Shown: one piece after another, positions 46,514 through 55,671 of the stretch
How the letters are laid out: each line of letters starts with the position of its first letter
Numbering within the stretch: the stretch's first letter is position 1
NCBI GenBank assembly: GCA_964383665.1
Contig: CAYLHO010000002.1
Location: 66,544-130,543, forward strand
Reading direction: 5' to 3'
DNA from: an uncultured Lachnospiraceae bacterium
GTDB taxonomy: Bacteria; Bacillota; Clostridia; Christensenellales; UBA1242
Length of the DNA: 64,000 bases
Translations under genes and position numbers: made by a program
The notes under the pieces: model-generated
The model's database searches: none
Told to the model about the DNA's origin: nothing
The model's input: the letters and a program-made list of their open reading frames with translations, nothing else

Positions 46514-47677
46514 ATGGAAAAAGAGAAAATCCTTGTTGTTTTTGGTGGGAAAAGCGCCGAGCATGACATATCAATCATAACTGGACTTCAAGTTTTAAAA
46601 AATGTTGATCGAAATAAATTCGATGTGTTTCCAATTTATGTTTCGCGCGATGGGGAAATGTTTTTCGGGAAAAAACTTGAAAATTTGGAGGCCTATGCTT
46701 CTTTTGATAAGAAAAAATATAAAAAAGTTGCTTTTTGCGCGGGATCAAATCGAATTTACATAGAAAAATTTGGAGTGCTTCAAAAATCGTTTGAGGTTTC
46801 ATGCGCTATTTTGTGCTTGCATGGGCTTAACGGAGAAGATGGAACAATTCAAGGGGTTTTCGAACTTTCGCAAATTCCGTACACAAGCGCAAACGTTTTG
46901 TCGAGCGCAATTTGCATGGATAAAATAATAATGAAAGATGTTTTAACAGCAAATGGGATTCAAACGCCAAAATATTTCAGTTTCACCAAAACCGAATATT
47001 ACCTTGAAACCGAGCGTGTTTTAAACGAAATTGAAAATTCGCTTTCGCTTTTTGAAAATGCTTGCTTTGTTAAACCTGCAAATCTTGGAAGCAGCATTGG
47101 AATTTCAAAATGCAAATCGAAAGATGAACTTGAGGAGGCAATTGAAATTGCCGCAAGTTATGACGAAAGAATAATTGTTGAACAGGCAATTGAAAATGCG
47201 GTTGAGGTTAACTGCGCTGTTTTGGGAAGCGCCGACTATCAAGAAATTTCCTCTCTTGAATATCCAAAAAGTTGGAGCAGTTTTTTAAGTTTTGATGAAA
47301 AATATATTTTAAGGACAGAAGGGGAGACTCAAATTAAACAAACGCCCAAAAAATTAAGTTCAAAACTTGAAAGTGAGGTTAAAGAAATTTCACAAAAAGC
47401 CTTCAAAGTTTTTAACTGCAGCGGGGTTGTTCGAATTGATTTTCTTGTTGACATTAAAAACGAAAGAGTCTTTTTAAACGAGTTAAACTCAATTCCGGGC
47501 TCGCTTGCATTCTATCTTTTCAAAGATCAAGGAATATCTTTTGAAAGGCTTATAACAAAACTTATCGACTTTGCAAAAACTAAATTAAAAACCAAACTTG
47601 AAAACAAATATTCATATTCCTCAAACGCGCTTGCGAATTTTGGCAAAGGAAACAAAATGAATAAATATACAAAATAG
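46514..47677 (+). CDS. ddl: D-alanine--D-alanine ligase
   Basis: 387 aa. ILVVFGGKSAEHDISI N-terminus and ATP-grasp blocks (FVKPANLGSSIGISK, RIDFLV..., LNELNSIPGS). Confidence 0.9.
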   Translation: MEKEKILVVFGGKSAEHDISIITGLQVLKNVDRNKFDVFPIYVSRDGEMFFGKKLENLEAYASFDKKKYKKVAFCAGSNRIYIEKFGVLQKSFEVSCAILCLHGLNGEDGTIQGVFELSQIPYTSANVLSSAICMDKIIMKDVLTANGIQTPKYFSFTKTEYYLETERVLNEIENSLSLFENACFVKPANLGSSIGISKCKSKDELEEAIEIAASYDERIIVEQAIENAVEVNCAVLGSADYQEISSLEYPKSWSSFLSFDEKYILRTEGETQIKQTPKKLSSKLESEVKEISQKAFKVFNCSGVVRIDFLVDIKNERVFLNELNSIPGSLAFYLFKDQGISFERLITKLIDFAKTKLKTKLENKYSYSSNALANFGKGNKMNKYTK

Positions 47678-47688
47678 TGAATAAAAAG

Positions 47689-48828
47689 TTATATGTTGTA
47701 AGTTTTTATGAAATTTCGAATTGCGCGGCAAAGGTTGTTTATTTCTTCCTCTGTTGTGAAATAGGAAAGAGAAGCGCGAACGGTTCCTTGCTCAATTGTT
47801 CCAAGGGATTTGTGTTTTAGCGGAGCGCAGTGTAGCCCGCTTCGAACGCAAATTCCAAAATTGTCGCTCAAAAACTCGCCAACAATTGTTGAATCAATGT
47901 TGGAAATGTTAAAGGAAACAACGCCGTTTAAATTTTCATCGGAAGTATAAATTTTAACATTTTTAATTAATTTTAACTCATTTATTAGTTTTTTTGATAA
48001 AAATTCAAGTTTTTTATTAATTTTTTCTTGATTTTTATTAACAAAATCGAGTCCTGCGCCAAGACCAAGAATGTTTGGGAAGGCAATTGTTCCGCTTTCA
48101 AAACATTCCGGACGTTCGTTTGGTTGATTGATGTTTATTGATTGCGTTCCTGTTCCGCCAAAGCGAATTGGCGAAATTACAACGCCGTCTCCAATCATTA
48201 AAACTCCAACCCCTTGAGGACCATAAAGCCCTTTATGACCGGCAAGAGCCAAAAGCGAGATGTTTTGTTTATGCATGTTTATTCGTTTGTGCCCTGCCGA
48301 TTGAGCCCCATCAACAAGATATAAAATTTTGTTTTCGTTGCAAAATTTTCCAATTTCATTTATGTCGGTTTCCGCACCGTCAACGTTTGAAACATGAATT
48401 GTTGAAATTAAATATGTGTTTTCCTTAACATGGGGCAGAATGTCGCTAAGGCGAATTTGTTTGTTTTTTGGTTCAACAATTGTAAGTTCAATAATGCCGT
48501 CGGACTCGAGCTTTTTAAGCGGGCGAAGAGTTGAGTTGTGCTCATATGTTGTTGTTATAACATGTCCGCCTTTTTTTGCAGTTCCAAGAATTGCAAGGTT
48601 AAGTGAATCGGTGCAATTTTGGGTGAAAATAACATTTTGCGGATTTTCAAGTTCAAACATTTTGCAAAGTTTTTCGCGGACGTTTGAAACTTCAATTGCG
48701 GCGTTAAGACTTGCTTTGTGTCCGCTTCGCCCCGGATTTGCACAAAGAGTTGTTAGCGCTTTTTCCATGGCAAAAACAACTTCTCTTGGTTTTGGTCTTG
48801 TTGTTGCGCTGTTATCTAAATAAATCAT
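47689..48828 (-). CDS. Class V aminotransferase / cysteine desulfurase (NifS-like)
   Basis: 379 aa. MIYLDNSATT, PLP-lysine context ALAGHKGLYGPQG, catalytic Cys in RSGLHCAP. Confidence 0.85.
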   Translation of the reverse strand: MIYLDNSATTRPKPREVVFAMEKALTTLCANPGRSGHKASLNAAIEVSNVREKLCKMFELENPQNVIFTQNCTDSLNLAILGTAKKGGHVITTTYEHNSTLRPLKKLESDGIIELTIVEPKNKQIRLSDILPHVKENTYLISTIHVSNVDGAETDINEIGKFCNENKILYLVDGAQSAGHKRINMHKQNISLLALAGHKGLYGPQGVGVLMIGDGVVISPIRFGGTGTQSININQPNERPECFESGTIAFPNILGLGAGLDFVNKNQEKINKKLEFLSKKLINELKLIKNVKIYTSDENLNGVVSFNISNIDSTIVGEFLSDNFGICVRSGLHCAPLKHKSLGTIEQGTVRASLSYFTTEEEINNLCRAIRNFIKTYNI

Positions 48829-48909
48829 ATTTTTCCTCTTTTAACCTTTTTTTTGCTTATTCAATATAGTGAATTAAGAAAAAAATTTGTTAACAAAAGG
48901 GGAAATAAA

Positions 48910-49167
48910 ATGGAGTTTGGTTTAGCAGTTTTCAGAGCGAGAAATGAAACAATAACTTTTGCAAATCTTTTAAGGTCATATGGCGTTAGGGTTATGATTG
49001 TTTCAACACCAAGGAAAATTAATGTTTCCTGCGGGATTTCGGTTAAATTTCCTGTTTCAAATTTGGAAGATGCAAGAAAACTTCTTGCAAGAAGGAAATT
49101 CGATTCCTTTGGAGGATTTTTCCACGCAATTCAAAATGGAGCAAATGTGAGATATATTCAGGTTTAA
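48910..49167 (+). CDS. DUF3343-like small protein
   Basis: 85 aa. ...FRARNETITFANLLRSYGVRVMIVSTPRKINVSCGISVKF pattern. Divergent from the cysteine desulfurase, a common pairing for this family. Confidence 0.5.
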   Translation: MEFGLAVFRARNETITFANLLRSYGVRVMIVSTPRKINVSCGISVKFPVSNLEDARKLLARRKFDSFGGFFHAIQNGANVRYIQV

Positions 49168-49193
49168 AAAAAGTTGCCAACGGCAACTTAAAT

Positions 49194-49982
49194 TTATTTA
49201 ACTTTTTTGTTCCCACCAAAAATTTTGTTGGAAACTTTAAGGAAAAGGTTAACAGGAAAAAGTTTGATAAGAAAATTAAAGACTTTATATTTTGTTCCAA
49301 TAATATACATTGCTTTTGGTTTTTTCTTGTTAACAATTTTGTAAATCTTTTTCGAGGCATACTCTTGGCTCATGCGCTTTGAATTGTTTTTTTCAACAAG
49401 CGCTTGGGCGTTTTCAACGCGGTTTCCATATTTTTCGTTTGTTTTAAAACTTTTAACTCTCGAATTTATGAAGTTTGTTTTAACATCGCCCGGGTTAATT
49501 GTTGAAACATGAATCCCTGCGTTTGAAAGTTCCATTCGAAGCCCATAGGAAAGCATTGAAAGAGCAGCCTTGCTTGCGCAGTAGTGAATTCGAAATGGCA
49601 TTGCAAAAAGCGCGCAACAAGAACTTATATCAAAAATTTTGCTGTCCTTGCCCATTAATGGAAGCGCGCATTGAATGGCTTTAAGCGCGCCAAAGTAGTT
49701 AACGTTAAAAAGATTTTTAACTTCATTAAAATCCGCAAGTTCGGCGGCGCCAGAAAGCCCATAGCCGGCGCTGTTTATGAGAATGTCGATATGCCCATAT
49801 GTTTCTTTAACCATATTGAAAAAGTTTTCAACTTCGGTTTCGTTTGTTATGTCAACTTTAAATTCGCCGTTTCGAGGGGTTCGTCCAAAGGAAAGAACAG
49901 TTGCGCCTTCTTTTTCCAAAAGCTTTCCAACACTTTTTCCCATTCCGCTTGTTCCGCCGCAAATAACAACAATTTTTTGCAT
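49194..49982 (-). CDS. Short-chain dehydrogenase/reductase (SDR)
   Basis: VVICGGTSGMGKS (TGxxxGxG) and YCASKAAL (YxxxK). The ATG at 49982 follows AAGGAG. Confidence 0.85.
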   Translation of the reverse strand: MQKIVVICGGTSGMGKSVGKLLEKEGATVLSFGRTPRNGEFKVDITNETEVENFFNMVKETYGHIDILINSAGYGLSGAAELADFNEVKNLFNVNYFGALKAIQCALPLMGKDSKIFDISSCCALFAMPFRIHYCASKAALSMLSYGLRMELSNAGIHVSTINPGDVKTNFINSRVKSFKTNEKYGNRVENAQALVEKNNSKRMSQEYASKKIYKIVNKKKPKAMYIIGTKYKVFNFLIKLFPVNLFLKVSNKIFGGNKKVK

Positions 49983-49983
49983 G

Positions 49984-50436
49984 TTATTTTCTCCTTTCAA
50001 CCTCAACATCAATTTTTGATGTTAACTCATTAATAAAATCTTCTTTGTTTTTTGGGGAAACATCGAAGCGTTTAATCATGCCATTGCCGGTGTAGATTGC
50101 AAGGCGGTCAATTGAAAAACAAAAAGACGAAAAAATGCCAAATTTCTCTTTGATTTTTGTTATTTCATTAAGCCGGATTCGCGAAGTGAACGGCCCAGAA
50201 ACATTTATAATTGAAACATCGGTTATGACATAGTAATTCCAAAAAATGCACCATAAAAGGATAATTGCAACAATTCCAAGAAGACATGTTGATGTAATTT
50301 TAAGCCTAAAAGTTGTTGCAGTTTCATCGCGGGGCAAAAGCCAAATTAAAAGAAAAGCCCCAACAATTAAAAGAATCATAAAAGGAGCAAGAATCCCAAT
50401 TTTGCCTCTATATTTTTTAAATTTAAGTTTTTTCAT
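49984..50436 (-). CDS. Membrane protein with bacterial PH (bPH/DUF1200-like) domain
   Basis: 150 aa. Two N-terminal TM helices, then ...IRLNEITKIKE...SIDRLAIYTG...DVSPKNKEDFINEL, the usual bPH pattern. Confidence 0.5.
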   Translation of the reverse strand: MKKLKFKKYRGKIGILAPFMILLIVGAFLLIWLLPRDETATTFRLKITSTCLLGIVAIILLWCIFWNYYVITDVSIINVSGPFTSRIRLNEITKIKEKFGIFSSFCFSIDRLAIYTGNGMIKRFDVSPKNKEDFINELTSKIDVEVERRK

Positions 50437-50473
50437 AAAAAAATTCTAACATTTTTGATTTTTATAGTCAAAT

Positions 50474-51622
50474 TTATTTTATGTCAATAAGTCTTTTTGC
50501 TTCAATTTCAAAAGAACCACTTTCATTTATTGTTAAAATTGTTCCGCCGCGTTGTTCGGTTTTTGTTGAAATTCCTTGAAAGGCATATGCAGTGTAGTCG
50601 ATTGATTTTCCGTATGTTAAGCGAACGCCATAATATTCAATCGAAAAATCGTTAAGGTGGTCGTGTCCGCAGAAAATTGCTTTTGTGCTTCCAAGTTCTT
50701 GGACCTTGTTCCAGAATGTCCCAAGTTCACTTGAACAACTTATTTTTTCATTTTTTTCGTTTGCATAACCATAAATGAGTTTTACGTTCTCGCTTTCGCC
50801 GCTTCGATATTCCGCCCATGCGTTTTCATATTCTTTCCCTGGAACGTGATAGAAAACATATGAACCAATTGTTTTTCCAAGTTTTTCAGACATGGTTTTA
50901 ATGTTGCTTTCATACCAATTTGTTTGAGAAGATGTTATTTCCATATAACCGCTAAGTTGGGTTTCGCCGTTATACATTCCGTTGTCGAAAAGGAAAACAG
51001 AGGAGTTAAATTCTCCGTTTGAATTGTATAAATTAATAATGTGGTTTCCCATTCCGTCAAGGTTTGATGGCCCTCTTTGGAAAAGGCAGTTCGAAAGTTC
51101 AGTGCTTTCAAGATAGTTGCAAAGTTCAGCTTTTGAATATTTTGCCGAGCCTTCGGCGTCGTGGTTTCCAAAACAAATTGTCCAAGGGGTTTTATAACTG
51201 TCGATAACGCGAGAAAGAACTTTAAGAGCGGTTAAATTGTCGTCTGTTCCCGTCATAAGCGCAACAGGATAAACAAGGTCGCCAGAAATGATGATTAAAT
51301 CGGGATTTGTTGATTCAATCATTTTGCAAACTGCTTCAATTGCCAATTTGTCTTTTTTTGAAGTTAACGGACCGTTTCCAATGTGAATGTCGGTTAGTTG
51401 AAGAATTTTGATTGGAGCGTTTGTTGGTTGTTTAAGCGATTTAATTCCAAATTCGTCTTCAAAAACCTCAATTGATGTTGGAACATATGATGGATTAACC
51501 ATGTATGTGTAATCTTGCTCTTTTGAACAGCCAGAAAACGTTAAACAAGAAAAAACCAAAACGCATGCAAACAAAGTTGCAAGCGAAAACGAAACAAAAA
51601 CACTTGTCTTGTTTTTTATCAT
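50474..51622 (-). CDS. Secreted/lipoprotein metallophosphoesterase
   Basis: Signal peptide with ...TFSG-C. Calcineurin-like motifs LTDIHIG, ISGDLVY, FGNHD and CGHDHLND. Confidence 0.8.
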   Translation of the reverse strand: MIKNKTSVFVSFSLATLFACVLVFSCLTFSGCSKEQDYTYMVNPSYVPTSIEVFEDEFGIKSLKQPTNAPIKILQLTDIHIGNGPLTSKKDKLAIEAVCKMIESTNPDLIIISGDLVYPVALMTGTDDNLTALKVLSRVIDSYKTPWTICFGNHDAEGSAKYSKAELCNYLESTELSNCLFQRGPSNLDGMGNHIINLYNSNGEFNSSVFLFDNGMYNGETQLSGYMEITSSQTNWYESNIKTMSEKLGKTIGSYVFYHVPGKEYENAWAEYRSGESENVKLIYGYANEKNEKISCSSELGTFWNKVQELGSTKAIFCGHDHLNDFSIEYYGVRLTYGKSIDYTAYAFQGISTKTEQRGGTILTINESGSFEIEAKRLIDIK

Positions 51623-51755
51623 AAATATATTATATCACATTCTTACTAATAAATTTAAACAAAAATTATATGGGAAAAACTTTATTTTTAGATTGGGTTT
51701 TTAAATTTTAACGAATAAACAGCAAAATTCATAGTATGAAATAGGTGGAAAACAT

Positions 51756-53036
51756 ATGGATAAATTTTTAATTAATGGCGGCAAGAAACTTTCGGGAACT
51801 GCCGAAATAACAGCTGCAAAAAATGCATATCTTCCAATTTTGGCTGCATGCATTTTGTGCGATGACAACATCACGCTTTGCCAATGTCCTGAATATGTTG
51901 ACATTGTTAACATGACTAAAATTCTTAAAAATCTTGGGGCAAAGGTTAAACCGGAAACGACAGATGGGAAAATACATAACAATTGCAACCTTAACATTGA
52001 TTGTTCAAACCTTTCGTCGTCGTCAATTCCTCAAGAACTTGCAAGTTTACTTCGTTCGTCAATTTTTAGTTTGGGTTCAATTCTTGGAAAACAAAGAAAG
52101 GCAAAAGTTGCCTATCCCGGCGGCTGTGCAATTGGTGCGCGACCAATTGACTTACATATTAAAGGTTTGCGAGCGCTTAATGTTAAAGTTGTTGACAAAC
52201 ATGGCTACTTAACTTGCGATGGTTCAAACATGAAAGGCGGAATTGTTAATTTGGATTTTCCAAGCGTTGGAGCAACCGAAAACATAATTCTTGCCGCAAC
52301 AAAAACAAAGGGAACAACGAAAATTATTAATGCAGCAAAAGAGCCAGAAATTGTTGACCTTGCAAATTTTCTCAACAAATTTGGGGCAAAAATTTATGGC
52401 GCAGGAACTTCAACAATAACAATTGAAGGGGTTGAAAAACTTGGTGGAGGGGCATACACGCCAATTCCCGATCGGATTGTTGCGGGAACATATTTAATTG
52501 CGGCTCTTGCTGCGGGAGGGGAAGTTGAATTAAGAAATTTTCGCCCAGAACACAATCTCGCTTTGCTGGAAAAAATTAAACAAACCAATGCAAAAGTTAA
52601 AATCAAAAAAAACACTCTTTTTCTTAAAACAGAAAACAGGCCAAAAGCAATTTCGAAAATAGAAACTTCGCCATATCCTGGGTTCCCAACCGATCTCCAA
52701 GCTCAAATGGTTGCTCTTCAGTCAATTTCAAAAGGGACAAGCATTATTGTTGAAAACCTTTTTGAAACACGATTTAAACATGTCCCAGAACTTGTTAAAA
52801 TGGGTGCAAACATAGTTGTTAAGGACAGAACTGCTTTTGTTCGCGGGGTTGAAAAACTTTATGGTGCAAATGTTGAGGCGGCGGATCTTCGCGGAGGGGT
52901 TGCTCTTGCAATTGCTGGGCTTGTTGCAGGAGGACATACAACAATTTCAAATGTTAATTTAATTGACCGCGGTTATTTTAAGCTTGAGAATGCGTTTGCA
53001 GGGCTTGGCGCAGATATTAAACGAATTTCCGATTGA
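51756..53036 (+). CDS. murA: UDP-N-acetylglucosamine 1-carboxyvinyltransferase
   Basis: 426 aa. MDKFLINGGKKLSGT..., active-site Cys in YPGGCAIGARPIDLH, C-terminal LIDRGY. Confidence 0.93.
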   Translation: MDKFLINGGKKLSGTAEITAAKNAYLPILAACILCDDNITLCQCPEYVDIVNMTKILKNLGAKVKPETTDGKIHNNCNLNIDCSNLSSSSIPQELASLLRSSIFSLGSILGKQRKAKVAYPGGCAIGARPIDLHIKGLRALNVKVVDKHGYLTCDGSNMKGGIVNLDFPSVGATENIILAATKTKGTTKIINAAKEPEIVDLANFLNKFGAKIYGAGTSTITIEGVEKLGGGAYTPIPDRIVAGTYLIAALAAGGEVELRNFRPEHNLALLEKIKQTNAKVKIKKNTLFLKTENRPKAISKIETSPYPGFPTDLQAQMVALQSISKGTSIIVENLFETRFKHVPELVKMGANIVVKDRTAFVRGVEKLYGANVEAADLRGGVALAIAGLVAGGHTTISNVNLIDRGYFKLENAFAGLGADIKRISD

Positions 53037-53105
53037 TAAAAAATTTTCACGTTTTACTTGAAAAAAGCATTTTCTTTTGCTATACTTTAAACGAAGGAGA
53101 AAAGT

Positions 53106-53576
53106 ATGGAAAAAGAAATTTCATTTGTTATGATCAAGCCGGGATTCTTAAAATATGAAAAGGAAATTGTTGCCCGTCTTGGCAAAGTTGGAAAAATAAC
53201 AAAACGCCAATGTATGCGCTTGAATCAAGAAATTCTTAATGCCCACTATGCTGAACATATTGGGAAAGGTTTTTTTGATGAACTTTGCGATTATATGAAA
53301 AGCGGAAATGTTGTTGGTTTCCAAGTTGAAGGCGAACCAGGTCTTATTGGAAGAATTCGCGATGTGGTTGGAAGAAATCCACTTAAAAAAGGCGACATCC
53401 GCTATGATTTTGGAATCCGCAATGAAGATGGCGAATTGGATAAAACAAAAAATGTTATCCACGCTTCCGACAAACCAGAAGCAGGAATTGCAGAGTGCAA
53501 CAGAATGTTTAATGAAGCACAAAAATATGGTGTTAAAATCATAAGCCGTGGCTTTGAACAAGATTGCCAATTTTAA
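53106..53576 (+). CDS. ndk: Nucleoside-diphosphate kinase (divergent)
   Basis: 156 aa. SFVMIKPG N-terminus, YAEH..K.FF and the NVIHASD active-site His block. Confidence 0.75.
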   Translation: MEKEISFVMIKPGFLKYEKEIVARLGKVGKITKRQCMRLNQEILNAHYAEHIGKGFFDELCDYMKSGNVVGFQVEGEPGLIGRIRDVVGRNPLKKGDIRYDFGIRNEDGELDKTKNVIHASDKPEAGIAECNRMFNEAQKYGVKIISRGFEQDCQF

Positions 53577-53689
53577 TGTTTCGAAATAAAGGGGTAGATA
53601 AAATGAAGAAACTATTAAAGAAACTTGCCCAAAACGATTTTAAGAAATTTAAAATTCAACAAAGCGGAGAACTTGAATTTGTTGATTAA

Positions 53690-54097
53690 AGCAATTTTGA
53701 GGACGCTCAAATTGGATTTAGAATTGATCCTTCAACAAACAGAGTTAGCAAAGACTGGAAAAAGATTGTTGGGAAAAAGTTTTTCGTTGTTGCAATGGAA
53801 GAAACAATGGGAGATCCAATTTTAGTTAACACTGGGAAAAAGGAAATGCCTGTATATTTCATGCCGAATGATGAATGGGAAGAAAAAGACAAAATTGCGA
53901 ACTCGTTTGAAGAATTTGTTGAGAATTTAAAAGCCCTTGACGAGTTAATTAACCAAAATAAGGCAAGTTTGGGAGAAATTAGAAAACTTGTTGAGAAACT
54001 TGAAAAAGAAAATGAGGAATGCGAAGGATTCTATGAAAGAATTTGCTATGACGTTCTCGATGAAGATGGATTCTTCCACGACAGTTACGAAGAATAA
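53690..54097 (+). pseudogene. SMI1/KNR4 (SUKH-1)-like immunity-type protein, N-terminally disrupted
   Basis: The frame is open from 53690, but the first ATG is at 53795. The C-terminal part FFVVAMEETMGDPILVNTGKKEMPVYFMPNDEW...IANSFEEFVENL fits the SUKH pattern. An upstream ATG (53602, with RBS) runs into TAA after 13 codons in another frame. Confidence 0.45.
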
Positions 54098-54136
54098 ATA
54101 ATATAAAAAAATCGGGTGTTTCCCGATTTTTTTATT

Positions 54137-54222
54137 TGGTGCTGGTGGCCGGACTCGAACCGGCACGTCCTTGCGAACGAGGGATTTTAAGTCCCTTGCG
54201 TCTACCATTCCGCCACACCAGC
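54137..54222 (-). tRNA. tRNA-Leu (UAA)
   Basis: Reverse complement GCTGGTGTGGCGGAATGGTAGACGC AAGGGA CTTAAAA TCCCT plus a long variable arm, then CACCAGCACCA. Confidence 0.88.
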
Positions 54223-54226
54223 GTTT

Positions 54227-54301
54227 TGGAGGTACCACCCGGATTTGAACCGGGGAATGAGGGTTTTGCAGACCCTTGCCTTACCACTTGGCTATGGTAC
54301 C
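54227..54301 (-). tRNA. tRNA-Cys (GCA)
   Basis: Reverse complement GGTACCATAGCCAAGTGGTAAGGC AAGGGT CTGCAAA ACCCT...TGGTACCTCCA. U73 discriminator. Confidence 0.88.
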
Positions 54302-54320
54302 ACATTATTTTTGCAAGGCT

Positions 54321-54349
54321 ATTTTATCAAAAGAATTTTTCTTTGTCAA
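54321..54349 (-). promoter_or_regulatory. SigA-type promoter of the tRNA-Cys/tRNA-Leu pair
   Basis: Minus strand has TTGACA (54349-54344), 17 nt, TAAAAT (54326-54321). Confidence 0.55.
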
Positions 54350-54432
54350 CGAATATCTTAAGTTTTATATGAAAAAGATTTGAGAAATGTTTATAAGAAA
54401 GAAACAAAGTTGAAAATTTTTGGATTTTTTTG

Positions 54433-54461
54433 TTGACAAGTTGGAAATGATTTGGTATATT
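54433..54461 (+). promoter_or_regulatory. SigA-type promoter of tRNA-Gly(GCC)
   Basis: TTGACA (54433-54438), 17 nt, TATATT (54456-54461). Confidence 0.55.
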
Positions 54462-54479
54462 GTTAAAGCAATTTGAAAT

Positions 54480-54554
54480 GCGGGAGTGGCTCAGTGGTAG
54501 AGCATTGCCTTGCCAAGGCAAGGGTCGCGAGTTCGAATCTCGTCTTCCGCTCCA
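54480..54554 (+). tRNA. tRNA-Gly (GCC)
   Basis: Acceptor GCGGGAG/CTTCCGC, anticodon stem TTGCC/GGCAA, loop TTGCCAA, encoded CCA. Confidence 0.88.
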
Positions 54555-54560
54555 AATAAG

Positions 54561-54588
54561 AAAAAGCCTTCGGTTTGAAGGCTTTTTT
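54561..54588. terminator. Bidirectional terminator (tRNA-Gly / XRE gene)
   Basis: AAAAAGCCTTC ggttt GAAGGCTTTTTT. Confidence 0.8.
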
Positions 54589-54605
54589 GTTTTTAATCTG
54601 TTTTT

Positions 54606-54854
54606 TTAGTTATCGTCAACTTCCAAATTTTCAAAGTTAAATAAGTTGCTATCAAAAAATTCTGTCATCGACAAGCCAAGAGCTTTAATAATAAGAGTTA
54701 CGTTTTTAAAATTTGGCGTTTTATATTTGCAATTGAGAATGTCTGTCATAGTGCTGTGATATAAGCCTGTTTCCTGTGCAAGCTTATATTGTGTCATCTT
54801 TTTTTCTTTGAGAATTTCTCTAACTCTTAAAGCAAATGCTTTGTTTAATTTCAT
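54606..54854 (-). CDS. XRE-family helix-turn-helix transcriptional regulator
   Basis: 82 aa. LRVREILKEKKMTQYKLAQETGLYHSTMTDI is a classic HTH_3 pattern. Confidence 0.85.
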   Translation of the reverse strand: MKLNKAFALRVREILKEKKMTQYKLAQETGLYHSTMTDILNCKYKTPNFKNVTLIIKALGLSMTEFFDSNLFNFENLEVDDN

Positions 54855-55004
54855 AATGCAACTTCCTATATAGTTTTTTCACTATATATAAAGTTTACCC
54901 GACATATAATTTTTTAATATTTAAGGAAAAACGGGTATTCTGTTGATCTTTAAGAAAATTTACTCTATAATATTTAGTGAAAACCCGAAATTTAGGAGTT
55001 TAAT

Positions 55005-55580
55005 ATGAATTTAAAAGTTGTGACAGGTAAATGTTGTTCATTTTTTTGGCATAGAAAAATTGAAATAAATGAAGACCTTAAACAAAAGTTGAGAAAAACC
55101 ATTGAGGAGTTGATAGTTGTTTGCAATGTTTCCACTTTTTTGTTTGGGAGCCGAAGCAACTTTGATTGTCTTTGCCACCTTGTTGTTACGGAAGTAAAGG
55201 GAAAATATCCTAACATAAAAAGAGTTGCTTACACCTGCAGGGGCGAAACTTGCGTTTTGGAAAGTGCAAGGCAAGAATGGGAAAGAATTTATGCTAATCT
55301 TGAAGGGAAAGAGAAATATTTATTGGGTGTTGAAGAAGAGGTTGAGCACAAAACTAAATACATGTCTGGACGTACAAGCTATGTGGAGCGTAATCAAGCA
55401 ATGATAAATGATAGTGACTACTGCGTGTTTTATTTTGATAAAACCTATATGCCAGAAGTAAGAAAATATTCAAAACATGGTTTTGGCTGCTATCAACCAA
55501 AAAGTGGAACTTCAATTTCATATGCTTACGCAAAAAAACGAAATAAGGATATTATAAACTTATTTTCTGAATTAAAATAA
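55005..55580 (+). CDS. SLOG/DUF1273 (YpsA-like) family protein
   Basis: 191 aa. CCSFFWHRK (cf. CCFTGHRK), LFGSRSNFDCLC, ERNQAMINDSDYCVFYFD and SGTSISYAYAKK follow the order of DUF1273 motifs as I remember them. Divergent from the XRE gene. Confidence 0.5.
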   Translation: MNLKVVTGKCCSFFWHRKIEINEDLKQKLRKTIEELIVVCNVSTFLFGSRSNFDCLCHLVVTEVKGKYPNIKRVAYTCRGETCVLESARQEWERIYANLEGKEKYLLGVEEEVEHKTKYMSGRTSYVERNQAMINDSDYCVFYFDKTYMPEVRKYSKHGFGCYQPKSGTSISYAYAKKRNKDIINLFSELK

Positions 55581-55671
55581 ATAAAAAGTTGAAAAGAGTT
55601 TACTAATTCTGTTTTGTTTGAATAAAAAGTAATTAAAAAATCGTGCCGTTCGACACGATTTTTTATATGAC

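Noticed and set aside
53625-53825. 66-aa ORF in the gap between ndk and the SUKH-like gene
   Set aside because: It starts at a non-ATG codon without an RBS, and it is out of frame with the only homology-bearing frame. The region is better explained as the decayed 5' part of the SUKH-like gene.
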